64,000 nucleotides of DNA, taken from the NCBI GenBank assembly GCA_035546575.1, contig DASZWN010000002.1, positions 32,681-96,680 on the forward strand, given 5' to 3'. The notes under the pieces are model-generated. The model was not told where the DNA came from and searched no databases. It was given only the letters and a program-made list of their open reading frames with translations. This DNA comes from Minisyncoccota bacterium (GTDB taxonomy: Bacteria; Patescibacteriota; Minisyncoccia; Phycocordibacterales; SBAW01). A program made the translations under genes and the position numbers. How positions within the stretch are numbered: the stretch's first letter is position 1; each line of letters starts with the position of its first letter. Shown here one piece after another: positions 28,524-38,482 of this stretch.

Positions 28524-29519
28524 TTACCAATCGAGTTCTCCTGTTTTGTATTCGGTAACCCGGGTTTCGAAGAAGTTTTTCTCTTTTGGCATGTCGGCAA
28601 TCTCGGACATCCAAGGGAATGGGTTGTCGACATGATACTGGCGCTCAAGGCCAATGCGCTCAAGGCGGCGGTCTGCCACGTGCTCGACATACTGCTTAAC
28701 CGTGGCCGGCGAGAGGCCCAAGATGCCGCGCGGCAAAGCGTCGTCGGCATATTTTTTCTCAAGCTCGACGCCGTGCTTGATATTGTCGGTAAGCGTCTTC
28801 TTAAATTCAGGCGTCCAGATTGCCGGATTCTCGGCAACGATGGTGTTAATGAGGTCGGCGCCAAAGGCCAAGTGCACCGACTCATCGCGAAGGATAAACT
28901 GGAACTGCTCGCCAATGCCCACCATACGATTTTTGCGCAGCAAGGAGAGCATCATTGCAAAGCCTGCGTAAAAGAAGATGCCTTCCATGATCACGTAAAA
29001 GCCCACGAGGTCGTGTACGAACTTCTGGATATTCTCGGTGCCGACGGTCGTAAAGTTCGGGTCAAACACCGACTTGGTGATATTGGTTACAAACTCGTCC
29101 TTCTCGTTGATCGAGGGGATAGTTTGATACATGTTGTAGATCTCGTCGGGGTTGAGGCCGAGCGTGTCGCAGCAATAGATAAAGGTGTCGGTATGCACGG
29201 CCTCTTCGTACGCCTGGCGCAGAAGGTATTGGCGCGACTCCGGGTTGGTGATGTGGCGATAGATTGCGAGCACTAGGTTGTTTGCGGTGAGAGATTCTGC
29301 GGTCGAGAAGAACCCGAGGTTCCACATGATCATGCGGCGCTCGTCTTCGCTCAATGCGCCCGGCTTCTTCCATAGCTCAACATCTTGCTGCATCGAGACT
29401 TCTTCCGGAACCCAATTATTTGCAACGCCCTTTTTATAATGCGTACGTGCCCACGGATACTTCATCGGAAGTATCTTGTTCGGATCGGTCGTTGATGCCC
29501 CGTTTATAATTCCTGCCAT
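28524..29519 (-). CDS. nrdB: Ribonucleotide reductase beta subunit, class Ic (R2c) type
   Basis: FFSTAES, EEAVHTDTF (Phe at the radical-Tyr position), MEGIFFY, RDESVH, NFFETRVTEY. Confidence 0.93.
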   Translation of the reverse strand: MAGIINGASTTDPNKILPMKYPWARTHYKKGVANNWVPEEVSMQQDVELWKKPGALSEDERRMIMWNLGFFSTAESLTANNLVLAIYRHITNPESRQYLLRQAYEEAVHTDTFIYCCDTLGLNPDEIYNMYQTIPSINEKDEFVTNITKSVFDPNFTTVGTENIQKFVHDLVGFYVIMEGIFFYAGFAMMLSLLRKNRMVGIGEQFQFILRDESVHLAFGADLINTIVAENPAIWTPEFKKTLTDNIKHGVELEKKYADDALPRGILGLSPATVKQYVEHVADRRLERIGLERQYHVDNPFPWMSEIADMPKEKNFFETRVTEYKTGELDW

Positions 29520-29589
29520 AGGAGATCAATTTTACTTCCGTATCCTTGAGAGTGGAAGTGGATTGGTACCTATAAAACACACGTCATTA

Positions 29590-29621
29590 AAAACAAGACC
29601 CCTTTTGTGGGGTCTTGTTTT
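29590..29621 (-). terminator. Terminator-like hairpin between nrdA and nrdB
   Basis: aaaacaagacccc...ggggtcttgtttt. Confidence 0.65.
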
Positions 29622-29622
29622 C

Positions 29623-32600
29623 TTACGCGGAGCAGGACTCGCAGGCTTCGCCTATTATTTCTATTTTCGGCCTATTCGTAGGCGCTGTAATCGGCTCTTG
29701 GCCGAAGCTTGGAATGCCTGCCTTGCCGGTAGGCAGGCCAGATGATACTTTGGGCGTCTCTTGGGCTACAGCGGCTTCTGTACGCATCTGGGGGGCAATA
29801 GCGGTGGCTACAGTTGCCTGTGCATACACCATCTCACTCTGGCCCTGGGCATTTTGCGACATGATTATCGGCGAGGGGATTGAGCCTTGCCTACCGGTAG
29901 GCAGGCCCATAGTCGAGGTGATAGACACGGTTTCCTCAATAATGACCGACGACGGCGTAGAGCCCTGGTTTGAGGCTACTGCGGTCTCGGTCTTGCTGGT
30001 GCCGCCGAATTTAGCCAGGTTGACAGTCGACTTTTCGGTGCGGGAAGCGCCCATAGTGCGTAGGTAGTAGGTGGTCTTAAGGCCCAGGTTCCATGCGTAT
30101 TGATAGATGTCGGAGAGGACCTTGCCCGATGTGCCGCTATAGAAGATGTTGAGGCTCTGGCTCATGTCTATCCAGCGGCCGCGGTATGCGGCAGCCTTAA
30201 TAAGCCACTGCGGCTCGATCTCGAACACCTCTTTGTACTTGTCGCGGATTGAAAGCGGGATCTCGGTGATAGCTTGTACGGAGCCGTCGTGATATTTGAT
30301 CTTCTCGAGCATGTCGGCGTTCCATAAGCCAAGCTTTTTGAGGTCATCTACCAAGTATTCGTTCACTACCATGAAGTCGCCCGCCATGTTGCTCTTTACA
30401 TAAATGTTTTTGTAGATCGGCTCGATGGTCGGGTAGCAGCCGGCAATGTTTGCAGTGGTTGCCGTTGGTGCGTGCGCCATGGTGTTTGAGTTGCGCATGC
30501 CCCACTGGCGTACGGCCTCGCGCACTAAGCGCCAATCAAGCGTCTCGTGGCGCGGAACGTCGATCTTAAGCCCACGCTCAGCCTCAAGCAATGCAAGTGT
30601 GTCTTGCGGCAAGATTCCACGGCTCCATTTAGAACCCGGGTAGGTCTCGTAGGTGCCGCGCTCCTTGGCCAAGAGGCTGGAAGAGAGGATCGCATGATAG
30701 GAGATCGCCTCTTGCGACTCGTCCGAGAAACGCACTGCCTCGTCGGAGTTAAAGTTGATACCCATCTTATAGAGGGCGTCCTGGAGGCCGCGCAAGCCAA
30801 GACCAACCGGACGATGCTTCATGTTAGAAGCTTTTGTCTTTTCGGTCGGGTAGTAGTTGATGTCGATCACGTTGTCGAGCATGCGCATCGCAACCGGCAC
30901 CACGCGCGCTACAAGGTCGCGGTCGAATTTGCCATTGGTAACAAACGCAGCCATGTTGATCGAGCCAAGATTGCATACCGCAGTTTCGGTAGCAGAAGAG
31001 TTGAGCGTAATCTCGGTGCAGAGGTTAGAAGAGTGCACCACGCCGACGTGGTCCTGAGGAGAGCGGATATTTGAAGGGTCCTTCCAGGTGATCCACGGGT
31101 GGCCGGTCTCAAAGAGCATCGTAAGGTGCTTCTTCCAGAGTTCTGAGGCGCGTACCTTCTTAAACATCGGGATAGTGCCTGCCTCGGCCATCTTTTCGTA
31201 CTCCTCGTAACGGGCCTCAAACTTGCGGCCGTAGAGGTCGTGGAGGTCCGGTACATCAGACGGCGAGAACAGCGTCCAGTAGCCATCCTCCTGAAGGCGC
31301 TTCATAAAGAGGTCGGGGATCCAGGTCGAGGTATTGAGGTCGTGCGTACGACGGCGCTCATCGCCCGTATTCTTTTTGAGCTCGATAAAGTCCTCGATGT
31401 CGGCATGCCAATACTCGAGATATACCGCGGCGGCACCGCGGCGGCGGCCAGAGCGGTTGATCGATATAGTGACGTCGTTGGCGATCTTGAGGAACGGGAT
31501 CACGCCTTGGCTCTCGACGCCGGTCTTTTTAACCAAGGAGCCAGTTGCGCGAACAGGCGTCCAGTCGGAGCCGATGCCGCCCGCATACTTAAGGAGCTGG
31601 GCGCTGTCGGAATACTCTTTAAAGATAGCGTGGAGGTCGTCCGGCACGGTAGAGAGGAAGCAGCTCGAGAGTTGCGGGAACATGAGTCCGGCGTGGTAGA
31701 GCGTAGGCGAGGATGGCATGTACTGCATCGCAGACATGATCTCGTAAAATTCTACCGCCTGGGCATTGCGCTCCTCGGGCGTTTTTTCTGCAAGCGCACA
31801 GCCCATCGCAACGCGCATCCAGAAGATCTGCGGAGTCTCAAGAAGCTTACGAGTACCGTGCTCTTTGGAGAGGTAGTTCGCCTGGAGGGTCTGGAGGCCG
31901 AGATATTTGAAGTCGCGGTCGCGCTCCGGCTGGAGCGCATCGGCGAGCTTGTGCAAATCAAACTCGCGCATCTTTGGGTCGAACTGGCCGATTGCAACGC
32001 CGCGCTCAATCGTATCAAGGAATCCTTTTTTATATGCGTCTTCGAGTTGCGCATAGTCGGTGTCACTACCAAATACATCGGTGTACATGGACTGCAAAAG
32101 CAACCGTGCGGCAACCATCGAGTTTGCAGGATCGCGCTCGATAAACGAACGCACTACCATGATAAGCACCTCGTGAATGTCGCGTGTTTTGATACCCTCG
32201 TGCATCTCCTGGCGCACGCGGCTGATGATCGATGGTACGTCTATAACACGGTCGTAACCCTGCGCTGCGCGAAGTAAGGTGCGGGTAAGCTTGCTCTCAG
32301 AAAATGGCTCTCTAGAGCCGTTCCTCTTAGTTACAAAAAGAGCGTTTTCGGTGATTTTTTCGGCAATCTCCTGCTTTTTTTCAGCACGGATCTTTTCGTG
32401 CTCGTAGCGGTAAATGATGTACGCTTTAGCGACGTTAAAATAGCCCTTTTCAGCAATTCCGTTTTCAACCAGATCCTGGATTTCTTCAACGGTTGGAATG
32501 TGCGCGGTGTTTCCGAATTTTGCGTCGATGGCATCAACGACGGTGCGCGTGATTTCTCCGGCCTCGATCTCGTGCGAGTCGCCGAGTGTACCGGCAAATG

Positions 32601-32685
32601 CTCTTTTTATGACGACCTCGATTTTACTTGGATTAAAATCGACGATCTCACCGTTCCTCTTTTTAATTTTTTGAGTGATTGCCAT
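29623..32685 (-). CDS. nrdA: Ribonucleotide reductase alpha subunit with two ATP-cones and a long C-terminal linker
   Basis: Two cones (IKKRNG, VTKRNG), QLSSCF, SNLCTEI, VCNLGSIN, KTTYY, terminal ACESCSA. Confidence 0.96.
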   Translation of the reverse strand: MAITQKIKKRNGEIVDFNPSKIEVVIKRAFAGTLGDSHEIEAGEITRTVVDAIDAKFGNTAHIPTVEEIQDLVENGIAEKGYFNVAKAYIIYRYEHEKIRAEKKQEIAEKITENALFVTKRNGSREPFSESKLTRTLLRAAQGYDRVIDVPSIISRVRQEMHEGIKTRDIHEVLIMVVRSFIERDPANSMVAARLLLQSMYTDVFGSDTDYAQLEDAYKKGFLDTIERGVAIGQFDPKMREFDLHKLADALQPERDRDFKYLGLQTLQANYLSKEHGTRKLLETPQIFWMRVAMGCALAEKTPEERNAQAVEFYEIMSAMQYMPSSPTLYHAGLMFPQLSSCFLSTVPDDLHAIFKEYSDSAQLLKYAGGIGSDWTPVRATGSLVKKTGVESQGVIPFLKIANDVTISINRSGRRRGAAAVYLEYWHADIEDFIELKKNTGDERRRTHDLNTSTWIPDLFMKRLQEDGYWTLFSPSDVPDLHDLYGRKFEARYEEYEKMAEAGTIPMFKKVRASELWKKHLTMLFETGHPWITWKDPSNIRSPQDHVGVVHSSNLCTEITLNSSATETAVCNLGSINMAAFVTNGKFDRDLVARVVPVAMRMLDNVIDINYYPTEKTKASNMKHRPVGLGLRGLQDALYKMGINFNSDEAVRFSDESQEAISYHAILSSSLLAKERGTYETYPGSKWSRGILPQDTLALLEAERGLKIDVPRHETLDWRLVREAVRQWGMRNSNTMAHAPTATTANIAGCYPTIEPIYKNIYVKSNMAGDFMVVNEYLVDDLKKLGLWNADMLEKIKYHDGSVQAITEIPLSIRDKYKEVFEIEPQWLIKAAAYRGRWIDMSQSLNIFYSGTSGKVLSDIYQYAWNLGLKTTYYLRTMGASRTEKSTVNLAKFGGTSKTETAVASNQGSTPSSVIIEETVSITSTMGLPTGRQGSIPSPIIMSQNAQGQSEMVYAQATVATAIAPQMRTEAAVAQETPKVSSGLPTGKAGIPSFGQEPITAPTNRPKIEIIGEACESCSA
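29716..29738. repeat. Short palindromic intragenic repeat, copy 3 (nrdA tail)
   Basis: gcctgccttgccggtaggcaggc, read as GLPTGKAG. Confidence 0.8.
29884..29906. repeat. Short palindromic intragenic repeat, copy 4 (nrdA tail)
   Basis: gccttgcctaccggtaggcaggc, read as GLPTGRQG. Confidence 0.8.
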
Positions 32686-32868
32686 ATTCCCAGACGCGCG
32701 TTACACCAATAAAATTGTATCTTTCCCAACCCTGAGTCAGAGTAATAAGTATAGCTCTTTCGAGTTTGATCGACGCATGAAAAAGTTGATTTGTGTGTGC
32801 ACAAGCAAGTCGAAAACTTTTCTCCAAAAAATCAACACACAGCTGCCAAAAATCCTTGCTTTTTCATG

Positions 32869-32904
32869 AATAAAACCGCTTTTTGATAAAAAAGCGGTTT
32901 TATT
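32869..32904. terminator. Terminator hairpin
   Basis: aataaaaccgcttttt-gata-aaaaagcggttttatt, 16-bp stem. Confidence 0.7.
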
Positions 32905-32935
32905 AGGGGTCTATTTCCCACTTTGGGACTGAAAT

Positions 32936-33382
32936 TTAAAAGGTGATGGGGAGGTCGAAATGCTTCTCATTTGCAGGCTCGCCGGACGGATTGTCGTTAC
33001 GCAGCCGAATAGTGCCTGTTTTGCCCGCGCCTGGCGAGGTAAATGATACGACTGCCTTAAACGGCACCCAATCTGGTGTCATCCAGTCGCTTTGTGCCTC
33101 GGCGTGGCCTTGTCCTATGACGTTGCCGTTTTGGTCGAGAATATCGATAGGGAAGCTCGCCTCAAAGTAATATCCTTTTGCCTCGCCCACAATAGTGACC
33201 GGCGAGGTGATGGTTGCCTTTGGCGCCGGGCTCGAGACAGAGACATTCTCGTTACCGGTAGGGATAGTGGTATCGGGGTTGCTGTTAGTGGGCGCTTTTG
33301 CCTGAGGCGCAAAGAGATACATGCCTCCCACTACCAGAATTACTACTACTATCGCAATACCAATAGTTGTCCCATTTTTCAT
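32936..33382 (-). CDS. Membrane-anchored Gmad2-like immunoglobulin-domain protein
   Basis: N-terminal TM, then ITSPVTIVGEA..YFEASFPI...A.A.SDWMT..WVPF...DNPSG; start moved to MKNGTT. Confidence 0.8.
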   Translation of the reverse strand: MKNGTTIGIAIVVVILVVGGMYLFAPQAKAPTNSNPDTTIPTGNENVSVSSPAPKATITSPVTIVGEAKGYYFEASFPIDILDQNGNVIGQGHAEAQSDWMTPDWVPFKAVVSFTSPGAGKTGTIRLRNDNPSGEPANEKHFDLPITF

Positions 33383-33464
33383 ACTATATATAGTGCACCG
33401 ATTCCGGGGCTTGTAAAGGCCAAAAGACCTAGACAAGTTCTGCGGTTTTAGTATAACGAGGCGG

Positions 33465-34709
33465 ATGCCGCCCATCGCACACACGGGGGCGCACCTGGGA
33501 CGCAGCATAGAAGAGGAGCTCAAGCGGGGAGAGAATATCTCTATCATTTCGCTCGTGGACAACCTGGTAGGCCACGCGCACGCCCTGCGCGCCTCTGACA
33601 TTCATATCGATCCGACGCATACGGAGGTCCGCGTGCGTTTGCGTGTCGACGGCGTACTCCAAGACTCCTACGTCATTCCTAAGGCAATCCACCAAGAGGT
33701 CATCTCTCGTATCAAAGTGCTAGCGGGCCTGCGTACCGATGAGCATCAGGCAACCCAGGACGGCCGCCTGCGCCATATATTGCCAGTCACCGGCGAGCAT
33801 ATCGATATCCGCGTTTCGGTGGTGCCGACCTACCATGGCGAGAACGTGGTAATGCGCCTTCTTACGAGCCATGCGGCTGGGTTTACCCTCGAGGACTTTG
33901 GCTTTGCCGCAGCAGATAGAGAAAAGATAGAGGGAGCTATCAAGCGCCCCTCGGGTATGATCCTCTCGACCGGCCCCACCGGTTCGGGCAAAACCACAAC
34001 GCTCTACACGCTTTTGCGCCAGCTCAACACCAAAGAGGTCTCTATTGTTACGATTGAGGACCCTATCGAGTACGCGGTACACGGGGTCAAGCAAATACAA
34101 GTAAACGCCCGTACCGGCCTCACTTTTGCCACCGGCCTGCGCTCTATTTTGCGCCAAGACCCAAACATCATCATGGTGGGCGAGATCCGCGACCCAGAAA
34201 CGGCCGGCATCGCTATCAATACCGCCCTCACCGGCCACCTGCTCCTCTCTACCGTGCATACCAATGATGCCGCGACAACCTTGCCGCGGCTCCTTGATAT
34301 GGGTATCGATGCCTATCTGGTGGCATCAACGATTGCAGTCGCGATAGGGCAGCGCCTCGTGCGCCGGATCTGTCCCAACTGCAAGGAAGAGGTCAAGATT
34401 TCGAGCGAGCAGGCAGAACTGCTTTCGCGATTTAGTTTGCGCAAGAAAATTAAGGAAGGCGAGACGTTTTATAAGGGCCGGGGTTGCGAGAGCTGCCTCA
34501 TGAGCGGCTACTCGGGCCGCGTTTGCATTAACGAGGTGCTTGCGGCCGACGACGACATTCGCGCGGCGATCATGCGCTCGGCATCGTCAAGCGAGCTTAA
34601 GGCTGTGGCGGTTAAAAATGGCATGACCACCATGCTTGAGGACGGTTTTGAAAAGGCTAGAGCGGGCGATACCACCGTTGAGGAAGTATTACGAGTTGTG
34701 TACGAATAA
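33465..34709 (+). CDS. pilB: PilB/GspE-family pilus assembly ATPase
   Basis: ASDIHIDP, GPTGSGKTTT, TIEDPIE, LRQDPNIIMVGEIRD, TGHL..STVH, tetracysteine motif. Confidence 0.93.
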   Translation: MPPIAHTGAHLGRSIEEELKRGENISIISLVDNLVGHAHALRASDIHIDPTHTEVRVRLRVDGVLQDSYVIPKAIHQEVISRIKVLAGLRTDEHQATQDGRLRHILPVTGEHIDIRVSVVPTYHGENVVMRLLTSHAAGFTLEDFGFAAADREKIEGAIKRPSGMILSTGPTGSGKTTTLYTLLRQLNTKEVSIVTIEDPIEYAVHGVKQIQVNARTGLTFATGLRSILRQDPNIIMVGEIRDPETAGIAINTALTGHLLLSTVHTNDAATTLPRLLDMGIDAYLVASTIAVAIGQRLVRRICPNCKEEVKISSEQAELLSRFSLRKKIKEGETFYKGRGCESCLMSGYSGRVCINEVLAADDDIRAAIMRSASSSELKAVAVKNGMTTMLEDGFEKARAGDTTVEEVLRVVYE

Positions 34710-34710
34710 T

Positions 34711-35970
34711 ATGAGCCGGAAAAAAATAGAAAATCCCGCCGAGTTGGTCGCGTACATTGGTTCCTTCTTGCCGTCGCTCCCAAAGCGCCGTCCAACCGCT
34801 TCTTCAGGAGGAATGCTCGCCGGCTCTGCTATGGCATTGCCCATGGAGGACATCGAGATTCCTGCACAGCCAGTTGAAAAAAAGCCGCGCAAGCCGCTAT
34901 TTTCTGGTTTGAGCCTTGGGGGTGCCCGTTTTACCCTTAAAGATCAAGTCTTTTTTGCCAAGCGACTTTCATTTTTAATCAATGCTGGTGTGCCGCTTAT
35001 CGAGGGCCTCCATATCATGCGCGACCAATCCAAGGGCCGCGCGCAGCGGCGCATGCTCGAGCGGGTGATCGAAGATGTATCAAGCGGCCAGACGCTTTCA
35101 AAAAGTTTTGCAAAATTTCCAAAAGTATTTGGTGACTTTACGGTCTCAATCCTTAAAGTAGGCGAGAGTTCGGGCACGCTCTCGCAAAGCCTTACCTATT
35201 TGGCCGAGGAACTCAAGAAAAAGCAGGTGCTTCGCCGCAAAATGGTCGGGGCCTTCGTGTATCCGGCGGTAATCACCGTGGCAACGCTCGGCATCACGGC
35301 ATTTCTGATGCTCTACCTTTTCCCAAAGATCATGCCGATCTTTGCATCTCTCCATACGCAGCTGCCGCTCTCAACCCGCATGGTGATGGGCACCAGCGTC
35401 TTTTTGCAGCACTGGGGAGTTGCGGCCATGTTTGGATTCATTGTGTTTATAATCGTATTGCTTATCTGTGTTAAAAAGATTTCCCGCTTCCATTTGTTTA
35501 TGGACGGTCTTGTGCTGCGGCTCCCGGTCGTGGGCTCTGTTGTGCGTTACTATAACGTCGCAAATACCAGCCGCACGTTCGGACTCTTGCTTAAAAGCGG
35601 CATCAAACTCTCCGAGGCTACCGTTATAACCGCTGAGACCACTCGCAACTTGGTGTATCGCCGGCAATTTAACCATTTAACCGAGGTTGTCAACCGGGGG
35701 GAGCGCCTCTCTGCATACCTGCGCCGGCACGAAGCACAGTTCCCGACTATTTTTGGGCACATGGTTGCGGTGGGCGAACGCTCGGGCTCACTTTCGGAGA
35801 CTCTGGTGTATCTCTCGGAGCTCTACGAGCACGAGGTCGATGAGTTTACAAAAAATATTTCGACTCTGATCGAGCCCGCACTCATGATCGTGATGGGTCT
35901 GGTGGTAGGCTTTATCGCTATTTCGATCATCACTCCGATTTATGGCATCACGCAAAACCTCCACGGGTAG
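34711..35970 (+). CDS. pilC: PilC/GspF inner-membrane platform protein
   Basis: Two T2SSF repeats (VGESSGTL, VGERSGSL), YPAVI, LIEPALM. Confidence 0.92.
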   Translation: MSRKKIENPAELVAYIGSFLPSLPKRRPTASSGGMLAGSAMALPMEDIEIPAQPVEKKPRKPLFSGLSLGGARFTLKDQVFFAKRLSFLINAGVPLIEGLHIMRDQSKGRAQRRMLERVIEDVSSGQTLSKSFAKFPKVFGDFTVSILKVGESSGTLSQSLTYLAEELKKKQVLRRKMVGAFVYPAVITVATLGITAFLMLYLFPKIMPIFASLHTQLPLSTRMVMGTSVFLQHWGVAAMFGFIVFIIVLLICVKKISRFHLFMDGLVLRLPVVGSVVRYYNVANTSRTFGLLLKSGIKLSEATVITAETTRNLVYRRQFNHLTEVVNRGERLSAYLRRHEAQFPTIFGHMVAVGERSGSLSETLVYLSELYEHEVDEFTKNISTLIEPALMIVMGLVVGFIAISIITPIYGITQNLHG

Positions 35971-36469
35971 GAGCTTGCCCCGACAATCAAGCAGAGGGTT
36001 TACCCTCATCGAGATCGTCGTCGTGATGGGTCTTTTGGCGGTTGTGGGAGGCGTCACGCTCATTGTGAGTATGGACAGCTTCCGCGGATATACCTTCCGG
36101 AGCGAGGTATCAACACTCACCGCGGTGCTCCAAAAAGCCCGCAGCCAGGCCGTCAATAACATGTGCTTTGGCGCCGGGTGCACCAACGGCAAGCCGCATG
36201 GCATACATATCGAGGGCAACACGTACACGATCTTTCAAGGTGCCTCATATGCTGCGCGCGACCAGGCGCAAGATGAAATGATAACGCCGCAGAGCAAGGC
36301 GGTGACGCTTAGCGGCATAACCGATGTTGTGTTTACCGAGCTCTCGGGTGCTGCGGCAACGCTGCCATCGGGCGCCCCGGCGATTATTCTTTCTGACAAC
36401 GCGGGCAAGACATCAAGCGTGAGTATAAACGCAGAAGGGCGCATCTGCGCGGACGCAGCTAGTTGTTAA
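35942..36469 (+). CDS. Minor pilin (FimT/GspH-like)
   Basis: Prepilin site RG|FTLIE with hydrophobic helix; LQKARSQA; C-terminal INAEGRI. Confidence 0.88.
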   Translation: MASRKTSTGRSLPRQSSRGFTLIEIVVVMGLLAVVGGVTLIVSMDSFRGYTFRSEVSTLTAVLQKARSQAVNNMCFGAGCTNGKPHGIHIEGNTYTIFQGASYAARDQAQDEMITPQSKAVTLSGITDVVFTELSGAAATLPSGAPAIILSDNAGKTSSVSINAEGRICADAASC

Positions 36470-36472
36470 GGT

Positions 36473-38482
36473 ATGCATTCTCTTATTAAAACAGGTACAA
36501 GAGGCTTCTCGATAATCGAGATGCTTATTGCTATGGCGCTCCTCACCTCGGCGCTTGCAGCAACCGTGCTGCTTTCCGCTGGTAATCGCTCGCTTGCAGT
36601 CGACGCACAGGTCGATTCCGAAGGTCTCACGGTTGCGGAAAAGTTTCTTGAGAGCGCGCAGGCTGCGGCGCGCAAAGACTTCCGCTTGGTAAATCCGACT
36701 ACGACGCTTGAAACAATAGGTCCTCTTACATACACCAAAAAGCTTGAGGTCGGTCCTATGTCGGACTTCTTTACTAAAACTGTTACCACTACGGTGTCGT
36801 GGCCGGGTACCTACGGACGCACGCAGCATATCTCGCTCACCTCGCTTGTGACCAATTTTGAAAACGTGATTGGCGGTGACACCTGCTACTCCCCGCTTGT
36901 AAATTCGCAAGGCGCGCCAAGCGCCAAGTGGGAGACGCCGAGCCAGCTCCAAGTAACGCCACCCATTACACTCGGCAGCGTCAGCGGTATCGACGACCCA
37001 TCGGGTGCATACCCGATCTCCGACATGGAGGTCTATCAACAAAAAATGTATATCGCCGTGGGGAGCAGCGCGCAAAATACCAGCATGACCATGGGTACTG
37101 CGGCAATCAATAAAAATACGACAGGTACCGCAGCCTGGTCGGGCGCGACGGGCGCGCTTGCGAGCGGTGGCAGCAGCGCAACCGTATCGCTCACCGGCAA
37201 CGCAACCAGTAACTACTTGTGGGTGACAGGATTCGGGACGAACTTCTCGATACCAAACGGCGCGACGATTCTGGGTATCCAAGTTGATGTAATGCGCAGT
37301 CCAAGCAACAGCAGCGCCATTGTCGATAACGGAGTGCGCCTTATAAAGGCGGACGGCACCCTTGCAGCAGACAACAAAGCAAAAACGACCACATGGGGGA
37401 GTGGCAACACCCAGGTAACCTACGGCGGCCCCGCAGACTTCTGGGGCGACTTATCGTGGTCTGCGGCTGCAATAAAAAACAGCGGCTTTGGTGTTGCGTT
37501 TTCTGCAAAGAATACGTCGTCACAGACACGCACGGCTAACGTCGACTACATTGGGGTGACCATTACGTACACCAAACAATTTTATGCGCTCAATCTTGCA
37601 ACGCCGACCAATCCATCGTTTGTAGGTCCGCTTGCTACAAGCACTATCAGCCAGGCGTTTAACGCAATTGCAAGCGATGGCAAATATGCCTACGTTGCAA
37701 CAGCATCGACAACCAAACAGCTTGCCGTCATCAGCGTATCCGGTTCGCAGCCTTCGGAGGTAAAAGACTTTGGCCTTTCAGGTGGTGCGGTCGGCAATGC
37801 GGTGTTTTATAAAGACGGCTATTTGTATCTTGGCCTCGCCAACTCAAGCGGGCCGGAGTTCACTATTATCGACGTACACAATCCGCTCAACATTCCTGCA
37901 ACTCCGACGGGCACATACGAGGTTGGGGCAGGGATCAACTCGATTTTCGTGCGCGGCAATTACGCGTACTTAGCAACCGACAACAACACGCAAGAATATA
38001 TCGTGTTGAGTCTGGCAGATTTGCTCCACCCCCAATTTGTCGGCGCTTATAACGCGCCGGGCAACAACACCACCGGCAACACATGGGGTCTCGGCAAAAG
38101 TCTGTATACCGTAGGCGACACGCTGTATGCAGGCCGCAATTGGACCAACAGCGGCAGCACACCACAGCTTGTCGTGCTTGATACTTCGGCAGCTACACCA
38201 GCTGCTGTTGGCAGTGGCAAGACACTCGGCACCAATATGTCTTTGCGGGGCATTGTGGTGCGCGATTACCTTGCTTTCTTGCTCACGGGCAGCGACACCC
38301 AAGGCGGCAATCTGCAGATTGCGAATGTGCGCGATCCGCTCAATATTCCTGCTACAGCCTCCATTCCGCTCCAAAGCGGAGGCAAGGGCGGAGCGGCGCT
38401 CGACTGCGAAGGAAATTATCTGTACGCTGCCTCAACCGATGCTGCAAACAAGGGCTATCTGACCGTTATCACCGCGATATGA
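36473..38482 (+). CDS. Giant pilin-like protein with LVIVD-like beta-propeller repeats and an inserted jelly-roll domain
   Basis: RG|FSIIEMLIAM; repeats DGKYAYVA, KDGYLYLG, RGNYAYLA, VGDTLYAG, EGNYLYAA. Confidence 0.85.
   Translation: MHSLIKTGTRGFSIIEMLIAMALLTSALAATVLLSAGNRSLAVDAQVDSEGLTVAEKFLESAQAAARKDFRLVNPTTTLETIGPLTYTKKLEVGPMSDFFTKTVTTTVSWPGTYGRTQHISLTSLVTNFENVIGGDTCYSPLVNSQGAPSAKWETPSQLQVTPPITLGSVSGIDDPSGAYPISDMEVYQQKMYIAVGSSAQNTSMTMGTAAINKNTTGTAAWSGATGALASGGSSATVSLTGNATSNYLWVTGFGTNFSIPNGATILGIQVDVMRSPSNSSAIVDNGVRLIKADGTLAADNKAKTTTWGSGNTQVTYGGPADFWGDLSWSAAAIKNSGFGVAFSAKNTSSQTRTANVDYIGVTITYTKQFYALNLATPTNPSFVGPLATSTISQAFNAIASDGKYAYVATASTTKQLAVISVSGSQPSEVKDFGLSGGAVGNAVFYKDGYLYLGLANSSGPEFTIIDVHNPLNIPATPTGTYEVGAGINSIFVRGNYAYLATDNNTQEYIVLSLADLLHPQFVGAYNAPGNNTTGNTWGLGKSLYTVGDTLYAGRNWTNSGSTPQLVVLDTSAATPAAVGSGKTLGTNMSLRGIVVRDYLAFLLTGSDTQGGNLQIANVRDPLNIPATASIPLQSGGKGGAALDCEGNYLYAASTDAANKGYLTVITAI

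Noticed and set aside
29623-32685. Intein or intron in nrdA (also checked dnaE and rpoBC)
   Set aside because: No intein splice motifs or homing-endonuclease signatures; the extra length is the second ATP-cone and the C-terminal linker.
32686-32868. NrdR boxes upstream of nrdA
   Set aside because: No convincing tandem match to the NrdR consensus by eye.
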